Shown piece by piece: positions 57,447-64,000 of a DNA stretch of 64,000 nucleotides. Source of the stretch: Pseudomonadota bacterium (GTDB taxonomy: Bacteria > Pseudomonadota > Alphaproteobacteria > Sphingomonadales > Sphingomonadaceae). The notes beneath the pieces are model-generated. The model saw only the letters and a list, made by a program, of their open reading frames with translations. It was not told the DNA's origin and did no database searches. The translations under genes and the position numbers were made by a program. Location of the stretch: NCBI GenBank assembly GCA_038746055.1, contig JBCDKX010000001.1, forward strand, positions 1,215-65,214, written 5' to 3'. How positions within the stretch are numbered: position 1 is the stretch's first letter; each line of letters opens with the position of its first letter.

Positions 57447-59654
57447 ATGCAGCCGAATTTCAAGCGTAGCCTTCGCCGTAATCTTGCGCTCGCTGTAAGT
57501 GCTGTTGCCATGGCATCCGTGCCGCAAATGGCCTGGGCCCAGGATCAGGGGGACACGGAGGCGTCAGACCAGTCGGAAACTGATGAATCACTAATCATCG
57601 TGACTGCAACGCGGCGTGAAAAACGTTTCACCGAAGTGCCTGCCGCTGTCAGCACACTTGATACCAATGAGACAATCGCTCAGGGCATCGTCGATATCAA
57701 CGCGCTAGCTGATTTCGCGCCGGGCCTGACAGCCGTTGACGGTGGTTCGCCAGGCCTGGGCAATTTGGTGATCCGTGGTATTTACGCCGGTGGTGCCCCA
57801 ACAGTTGGTACATATATCGATGATATTCCTTTTGGTGGAGTTGTCGGCGGGTTTGCGGCTAACACCGCGCTTGATGCGACACTTTATGACCTGGAGCGGG
57901 TCGAGATCATTCGTGGCCCGCAAGGCACACTGTTCGGTGCCAGTTCGGTCGGCGGCGTTGTGCGTTATGTCACCCGCGATCCTGACCTGAATGACATTGA
58001 AGGTTACGGCTTCGTCGATGCTTCCGCAACTGAAGGAGGCGGCGAAAACGCTCTGCTCAAAGGCCGGGTTTCTGTTCCGGTTGTCGAAGATGTACTCGCT
58101 GTGTCGGCCTCGGGCTTTTATCAGGATACGGGTGGCTATATCGACAATGCGATCACCGGTGAGAAGAACATCGACAGCTCAGAATTTTATGGTTTCAGAT
58201 TGGCCGCCAAGCTTCGCGTCAGCGATTTCGTTACGCTCAAGGCGAGCTATATGCAGCACCAGGCTGATTTTGACTCAGCTAGTTTCGAGACCTTCGATCC
58301 AACGACGGACACTCCTGTCTTCGGGCCGTTGCAGACTGAGTTTGCAGCGCCACGGAAGATCGAATTCGATGTCTTTGCGTTTAACGCAGATATCGACTTG
58401 GGCTTCGCTGATCTGACGTCGATTACGAGTTTCCAGACCAACGTACTTACGAATACGACAGATGTGACCCCCACCTTTGGGCCGATCGCGGATGCGTTCT
58501 CACCCGGCACCGCACCCAACACCGTTGGTTTTGTATCCGGCGACGACACGGATCGATTCACGCAAGAAGTGCGACTGACCTCGAAATCGGGCGGCTCGAT
58601 CGAGTGGTTGATTGGTGCGTACTTTACCGAGCAGGACTCAGTGTCGTTCCAGATCACCGATGTGACCCCGGGCGATGTTGAACTGGTAACGCTCAATACG
58701 GGTCAGCAATTCGAAGAGTTCGCTGTCTTCGGCAACCTGACCTATTACATCACTCCAGACTGGGAAGTCACTGGCGGCATTCGCTACTCTGATACTGAAA
58801 ACACCATCGATCAATCCTTTACCGGCGCGCTTTCGAACCCGCTGCTCAACAACCTTGAAACGGTGCAGACAGATGATGTGGTTACCCTTCTCTTCAACAC
58901 GCGGTACAGGGTAAGCGACGCGCTCAACATCTATGCGCGCGTGGCCGACGGTTACCGCCCGGGCGGTGCCAACCTCGTGATCGATTTGATGGGTACTCAA
59001 ATTGGTCAACCCAATTTTCAGCCCGATGACTTGTGGAGCTATGAGGCGGGTATCAAGGGTGCAATCCTGAATGGACGTGTAGTCTATGACGTTGGCGTCT
59101 TCTTCGTTGATTGGGATGACGCCCAGATCGCGACGGTCAACGCCGCTGGTCTTGGTGGTATTGGTAACGCGCAGAACACGGTTGAGGTAACCGGTTTCGA
59201 AGCGAGCCTTTCCGGCGAGATTATCGACAATTTGACGATCTCAGCAAGCCTCGCCGTGACGGACACTGAAATCACTGCGGACGAACCGGGCCTAGACGCC
59301 GTGGCTGGAGACAATCTGGCCGGCATTCCTGATTATACCCTTTCGCTCACCGCCGATTACACCATACCAATCAACGACGATACAAGAATAGTTTTAGGCA
59401 GCACATGGCGAGCAACAGGTGAGTATAACAGCGCATATACCAATTCGCCGACCGGCAATTTCGTGAACGATGACTATTCCCAATTTGACTTTCGCGTTGG
59501 CCTGCGAACAGGCCGCATCATGATCAATGCTTATGTGACAAATGTCGGCAACTCCGATGCCTATCAGACCGTGTTCCCACAATCGCCCACAGTCGCTTTC
59601 GGTGTGCCATTGCGTCCGCGAACCTATGGGGTGAATACACGGATAGACTTTTGA
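57447..59654 (+). CDS. TonB-dependent receptor
   Basis: Signal peptide, IIVTATRRE, DLERVEIIRGPQGTLFGA, GYRPGG, PRTYGV...F C-terminus. ATG 57447 follows GGGAGG. Confidence 0.93.
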   Translation: MQPNFKRSLRRNLALAVSAVAMASVPQMAWAQDQGDTEASDQSETDESLIIVTATRREKRFTEVPAAVSTLDTNETIAQGIVDINALADFAPGLTAVDGGSPGLGNLVIRGIYAGGAPTVGTYIDDIPFGGVVGGFAANTALDATLYDLERVEIIRGPQGTLFGASSVGGVVRYVTRDPDLNDIEGYGFVDASATEGGGENALLKGRVSVPVVEDVLAVSASGFYQDTGGYIDNAITGEKNIDSSEFYGFRLAAKLRVSDFVTLKASYMQHQADFDSASFETFDPTTDTPVFGPLQTEFAAPRKIEFDVFAFNADIDLGFADLTSITSFQTNVLTNTTDVTPTFGPIADAFSPGTAPNTVGFVSGDDTDRFTQEVRLTSKSGGSIEWLIGAYFTEQDSVSFQITDVTPGDVELVTLNTGQQFEEFAVFGNLTYYITPDWEVTGGIRYSDTENTIDQSFTGALSNPLLNNLETVQTDDVVTLLFNTRYRVSDALNIYARVADGYRPGGANLVIDLMGTQIGQPNFQPDDLWSYEAGIKGAILNGRVVYDVGVFFVDWDDAQIATVNAAGLGGIGNAQNTVEVTGFEASLSGEIIDNLTISASLAVTDTEITADEPGLDAVAGDNLAGIPDYTLSLTADYTIPINDDTRIVLGSTWRATGEYNSAYTNSPTGNFVNDDYSQFDFRVGLRTGRIMINAYVTNVGNSDAYQTVFPQSPTVAFGVPLRPRTYGVNTRIDF

Positions 59655-59676
59655 TCAATAAGGGGGAGCAACAGCT

Positions 59677-61041
59677 GTGCGCTCAAAGGTTTCTATCCCA
59701 ACACTGGCAGTCTTTGCTCTTCCGGCCCTTGTTTCGGCCATCACTCACGGACCAATTGCCGGTATTCTGCCTGCGCTTTACGCGGAGCGATTTGGGCTGG
59801 ATCTTGCCGTAATCGGTACGGCTTTACTTGTTACACGGATCTTCGATGCAGTGACCGACCCGCTTATCGGCTACGCCTCAGACGCCACGCAGTCACGCTG
59901 GGGGAGGCGCAAGCCGTGGATGCTTATAGGTAGCCTTGTCGTCACGGCCTCACTCTACTTTTTGATGGTGCCGCCAGAAGGCGCGAACATCACCTATTTC
60001 CTAACGCTTTCTTTGTTGATCTATCTCGGCTGGACCATTCTTGAGATACCCTATGCTTCTTGGGTGATCGAACTTACATCGGACACAAAGGAGCGTACCA
60101 AGATCAACACAGCACGTGCTATGGCGTTGTTTGTCGGAGGATTTCTTTTCACAATTGCTCCGGCATTAGTGCCAACTTCTGGCGGCGAGATGAATTTTGC
60201 GGTCCTCGAGAAGGTTGCACTGGTGTGCATCTTCTTGGTCCCCATCAGCACGTTTTTGGCAGTTTGGCTCGTCCCCCAGGGCGATACGGTGCATCAAACC
60301 GAAAAACCACAACTTGTCGAACTTTGGAATTCGCTCAAGATCAACCGCCCCTTTCAGGTCTTTCTGGTGGCCTATTTACTTATTGGCCTTGCTTCCGGCG
60401 TGTCTGGAGTGGTGTCGTTCATGTATATAGATTCCTATCTGGAGATCGGGAATCGATACGCCGAACTGTTTGCTCCTGCTTTGTTTGTCGGCCCCCTTAT
60501 GCTCCCGGTTTGGATGTTCGTGCTCAATCGTTTCGGCAAGTACCGCATCACGGCGATTGGCTTTACCGCATACGCGCTGCTTCTGCCCTTCCCCTGGTTT
60601 GTTGCGCCGGGGCCGGATGCCTTCATGCCGATGCTGATCTACTATTGTTTGCTCACAGCGTTCTCGCCTCTGCTTATGATCACTATGCCCACCATTTTGG
60701 GGGACATTGTCGACCATGACCATCTTGAAACGGGCAAGAATCGAGCCGGTCAATTCATGGCCTTCCTTGCCCTTATCGCAAAAGGCGCTGCAGGGATTGG
60801 CGGTCCCATCGCTTTGATGCTGATTGGCATATATAATTACCAGCCAGGTATAGAGAATAGCGACGAAGCCATCCTAAGCTTAAGGCTGGTTGCCAATATC
60901 CTTCCTGCCATTTTGGTAGCGCCCGCTCTTGTCCTTTTGTGGTTCTTCCCGATCACCGACGCCTCGCAGAAGGAAATGAGCGAACGTTTGCAGCGTATGG
61001 TCGAAGAAAATACGAAACCCACTAAGCTGGAGACTGCCTGA
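59677..61041 (+). CDS. MFS transporter (GPH/MelB-like family)
   Basis: RIFDAVTDPLIGYASD, RWGRRKPW, IPYASW..EL...KERTK, LGDIVDHD...G...AG; about 12 TM. Confidence 0.88.
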   Translation: MRSKVSIPTLAVFALPALVSAITHGPIAGILPALYAERFGLDLAVIGTALLVTRIFDAVTDPLIGYASDATQSRWGRRKPWMLIGSLVVTASLYFLMVPPEGANITYFLTLSLLIYLGWTILEIPYASWVIELTSDTKERTKINTARAMALFVGGFLFTIAPALVPTSGGEMNFAVLEKVALVCIFLVPISTFLAVWLVPQGDTVHQTEKPQLVELWNSLKINRPFQVFLVAYLLIGLASGVSGVVSFMYIDSYLEIGNRYAELFAPALFVGPLMLPVWMFVLNRFGKYRITAIGFTAYALLLPFPWFVAPGPDAFMPMLIYYCLLTAFSPLLMITMPTILGDIVDHDHLETGKNRAGQFMAFLALIAKGAAGIGGPIALMLIGIYNYQPGIENSDEAILSLRLVANILPAILVAPALVLLWFFPITDASQKEMSERLQRMVEENTKPTKLETA

Positions 61042-61042
61042 C

Positions 61043-62428
61043 ATGAACAAGGAAACCATCATTTCCGCTAGCGACCTTAGTACCATTCTTGAGACCGCAG
61101 CTAAACGATGGAATGTGCCGGGTGCTGCGTGCGCAATCTGGCACGACGGCTCGCTGACCAAGGCTTCAAGCGGTGTATTGAACAGCGAAACGAGCTTGCG
61201 GGTACAACCCAACAGCATGTTCCAGATCGGCTCCATCACAAAGGTCCTCACAGCAACTCTTGTCATGATCCTGCGCGATCGTGGGCTGGTGGACTTGGAT
61301 GAGCCATTTCAGACCTACGTTCCCGATTTTGCAGTCGCCGATGCCGAGGCCACGCGCACGATCACCGTTCGGCAGATGCTCAATCACACAAACGGCCTGG
61401 CTGGCGATTTCATGCCGGACACTGGCATGGGCCGCGATAGCCTTGAGAGAATTCTCGACCGGAGCGCGTTGCTCCCGCTGTGCCACCCGGTGGGCGGCGG
61501 ATTCTCCTATTCGAACTCGGCCTACTGCTTGGTTGGGCTTTTGGTTGAACGGCTCACGGGCAAGTCTTTTGATGAAGCTATGGTAGACCTGCTATTCGCA
61601 CCTATGGGTTTGAAGGACAGCGTGATCACGCCACATTTCGCGGTCGGTCGGTCAGCGGCGATGGGCCATGTGCCGGATCCGGAAGACCCGACCAAAATGA
61701 AACCGGTCGCCAGCAATTTCATGATCGCGCCCAGCACTGCTCCTGCAGGGGCAACACCGATGATGAGCGTGGCCGACGTGATCGCGTTCGCCAGAATGCA
61801 CATGGACAGCGGCGTGGCTCCCAATGGCGAGCGGATCCTGTCCGCAGATGCGGTCGCCGAAATGCAAAAGATGGAAACCGTAGTTCCCGTGCCGCAGCGT
61901 GATATCAGCCACTGGGGCCTGGGTTGGTTCTTTTCGGCCAACACACCGGTCACGCTATATGGGCATGACGGTGGTACGATCGGACAGTATTCGTTTTTGC
62001 GCATTCACGAAGAGAGCAACACAGCGATCATCCTGCTGACCAATGGTGGGCAGTATAACGACTGCATGTTCGAACTGTTCGAAAAGACACTGACACCGCT
62101 CACCGGATTCGAGCACTCACCTCCAGTAAAAGCTGAGGACCAGCTACCCAAACAACCAGAGCGCTTCATCGGAACTTTCGAAACAATCGCAACGGTGACC
62201 CGCTTCCACATTGAGGGCGATAAGATCCTGCGCAACGCGACCATGACGCTCGCTTCGCAATCCTTTCCGGAGCCCGAAACGGAGCTTGAATATGCCGGTG
62301 GCGACACATTCATTTATCGCCGCCCGGGGGCCAAATATCCTGCGACTGTGACGTTTATGGATTTTGACGAGCAAGGAGTCTCGCATTCGATGTTTACCGG
62401 CCTTCGCATGGCGAGAAGAGTGAACTGA
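61043..62428 (+). CDS. Serine hydrolase, beta-lactamase/D-Ala-D-Ala peptidase fold
   Basis: FQIGSITK (SxxK), LNHTNG, FSYSNSAY, WGLGW, GHDGG; paralogous to 54853..56247. Confidence 0.9.
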   Translation: MNKETIISASDLSTILETAAKRWNVPGAACAIWHDGSLTKASSGVLNSETSLRVQPNSMFQIGSITKVLTATLVMILRDRGLVDLDEPFQTYVPDFAVADAEATRTITVRQMLNHTNGLAGDFMPDTGMGRDSLERILDRSALLPLCHPVGGGFSYSNSAYCLVGLLVERLTGKSFDEAMVDLLFAPMGLKDSVITPHFAVGRSAAMGHVPDPEDPTKMKPVASNFMIAPSTAPAGATPMMSVADVIAFARMHMDSGVAPNGERILSADAVAEMQKMETVVPVPQRDISHWGLGWFFSANTPVTLYGHDGGTIGQYSFLRIHEESNTAIILLTNGGQYNDCMFELFEKTLTPLTGFEHSPPVKAEDQLPKQPERFIGTFETIATVTRFHIEGDKILRNATMTLASQSFPEPETELEYAGGDTFIYRRPGAKYPATVTFMDFDEQGVSHSMFTGLRMARRVN

Positions 62429-62429
62429 G

Positions 62430-63551
62430 ATGCAAGCCGGGATGCAAAGGCCCCGTTTCTTCGGTGAAGACTATTTTGAATCGCGTTCGCTCTTTCTGTC
62501 GGCAACAGCCGATATTGGTGCGCAAATTGACAGCTTTATTTTGCCGGATCACACCGGGCCTGCGGGAGAAGAGCTTGCAACCGATATCGCGTGGATCGGA
62601 GATGAAAGCGCCCACAGCGTGTTTGTCAGCATCTGCGGCACACATGGGCAGGAATTCTTTTCCGGTTCCGCTGTTCAGCATGCTTGGCTTCGCAGCGATG
62701 AGGCACGCGCTTTGCCAGAGGGTGTCGCAGTGTGCCTTGTCCACGCCAATAATCCTTATGGCGCTGCCTATAACAGCCGCGGCAACGAGAATTTCGTCGA
62801 CCTCAACCGGAATTACTTTGCGCCTGGTTTGGATATCCGTCCCAACCGATTATACTCGGAGCTTTTCGAGCTTCTCTTCACGAATGAGATGAATGAACAG
62901 GTGCTTCACGAGGTGATGGGCCAGTTTTACGCTTTTGCTGAAGCGAATGACACACGCGAAGCGATGACCGCGATGGGAGGTGGGCAGAACACGCATCCTT
63001 CGGGCACGCTTTATTGCGGCGACGGCAATGAATTCTCGATCCAGACGCTGCGCCGGTTGATCCATGAGAAACTTTGCGAGCGACGCAATGTTGCGATTAT
63101 CGATTGGCACACCGGATTGGGCGATTTTGGCGATGTAACCGTGCTTGTGAAGGAACCCTATGCGAGCGACGAGCACCGCTGGTCCTGCGCGTGGTGGGGC
63201 GGACCATCCGCGTTCGAAGCCCTGGACCCGCCCGAAGAACGCGCCGACAGCATTGGTCTGGTCCATCAGGGAATGACGGATCAGCTGCGCGCGCAGGGCG
63301 TGCGTGCCGTCTCCAGCGTGATCGAATTCGGAACTGTCGACAATGAAGCGGTTCTGGCCGCGCTCCTTATTGACCGCTGGCTTCGATTTGAATGCAAGGA
63401 TCAGAAGTCACCCGAAGCCATCCGCCTGCGCACGATGATGATGGAGCGTCTCAACCCCACCACCCCAGCCTGGCGTAGCGCCGTGGTGGAGAAGGGGCTG
63501 GCCCTTTACACCAAGACAATCTCTGGCCTGGCCAATTGGGGCGAGCCCTGA
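62430..63551 (+). CDS. DUF2817 / M14-like zinc carboxypeptidase
   Basis: HxxE in GTHGQE, HANNPYG, R.NENFVDLNRN, IDWHTGLG, IEFGT. Confidence 0.85.
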   Translation: MQAGMQRPRFFGEDYFESRSLFLSATADIGAQIDSFILPDHTGPAGEELATDIAWIGDESAHSVFVSICGTHGQEFFSGSAVQHAWLRSDEARALPEGVAVCLVHANNPYGAAYNSRGNENFVDLNRNYFAPGLDIRPNRLYSELFELLFTNEMNEQVLHEVMGQFYAFAEANDTREAMTAMGGGQNTHPSGTLYCGDGNEFSIQTLRRLIHEKLCERRNVAIIDWHTGLGDFGDVTVLVKEPYASDEHRWSCAWWGGPSAFEALDPPEERADSIGLVHQGMTDQLRAQGVRAVSSVIEFGTVDNEAVLAALLIDRWLRFECKDQKSPEAIRLRTMMMERLNPTTPAWRSAVVEKGLALYTKTISGLANWGEP

Positions 63552-64000
63552 CCCGGATTGACATCTTTGTCGTAGCCAGTGCGCTCGCCGCCTTGGCCCT
63601 CACCGCGCTGAATATTGCGGGACAGCTCATAGCAGCCCTCATCCTCGTTCTCGGAGCGCTCTATGTGCGGCGCGGTCGGTGGCAGATGGTGCCATTGCTC
63701 ATAGTTGTGGCAATTATGGGCGTTGCCAGCTGGGTTTGGAAGGAAGACGGGTTTGCAGTCTGGGCATTGGTTGCGTCCTTGCTTGCGATTGGAATCGGGG
63801 TTCTTCCACTATGGCTAAGCCCTGTCCCTCGCCTACCCAGCCCGAGTGGAAAGTACGCAGTTGGCCTCAGGATCATGGACCTTCGCGAGACATGCCAAGC
63901 GCAAGTCTATCTGTGGTATCCGGCGGATAGCGGTCAGAAAGGCCCTTTCCGGCCCTATCATACGATGAACGAGGCGAACGCCATCGCCAAGGGAATGAAG
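63548..64000 (+). CDS. Membrane-anchored alpha/beta-hydrolase (PAF-acetylhydrolase/dienelactone hydrolase-like); runs off the right edge
   Basis: Absent from the ORF track. The frame is open to the window end: LTRIDIFVVASALAAL...GRWQMVP...PVPRLPSPSGKYAVG...YLWYPA. Start is either CTG 63548 (CTGA overlap) or TTG 63536. Confidence 0.7.
   Translation, partial: MTRIDIFVVASALAALALTALNIAGQLIAALILVLGALYVRRGRWQMVPLLIVVAIMGVASWVWKEDGFAVWALVASLLAIGIGVLPLWLSPVPRLPSPSGKYAVGLRIMDLRETCQAQVYLWYPADSGQKGPFRPYHTMNEANAIAKGMK

Noticed and set aside
52840-64000. A bona fide microcystin (mlr) gene cluster
   Set aside because: No MlrA (CAAX-type) or MlrC (M81) homologue in view; the similarity is at family level only.
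1-64000. CRISPR arrays, tRNA/rRNA genes, integrase, prophage or defence genes
   Set aside because: None recognised by eye. A covariance-model scan (tRNAscan/Infernal) would be needed to exclude small RNAs.

Overview
This window looks like an alphaproteobacterial chromosome, probably a sphingomonad (inferred from gene content and style, not from a marker gene). 1-9.2 kb is core-type: an atu (acyclic terpene utilisation)-like cluster and the Entner-Doudoroff genes zwf-pgl-edd. From about 9.3 kb it is an accessory mosaic, with five co-oriented IS6-family remnants (about 9.35-9.59, 14.56, 27.7, 35.0-35.3 and 52.65 kb) at the module boundaries. The modules are: (i) an ECF sigma/FecR/TonB-receptor signalling cassette; (ii) an RND efflux-K+ pore-thioredoxin-like/NhaA fusion-NDH-2 cluster; (iii) LysR/pirin/DUF2147/HXXEE; (iv) a NarL-type two-component system with a MacAB-TolC-like exporter; (v) an orphan AraC regulator; (vi) a 14.6-kb, 13-gene, tightly coupled operon (52037->37395, minus strand); (vii) a peptide/D-glutamate utilisation locus (dgcN-dgcA, two serine hydrolases, M19 and M14-like peptidases, TonB receptor, MFS). 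Module (vi) is the most striking. It joins fabI, a PHA synthase/depolymerase-like DUF3141 protein, a MaoC-Pta/Ptb fusion, acetate kinase and a two-subunit CoA-transferase directly to a V/A-type ATPase (order B-D-I-K-E-DUF2764-A). My hypothesis is a substrate-level-phosphorylation plus ion-pumping energy module. All family calls come from motif recognition in the translations; no database searches were run.
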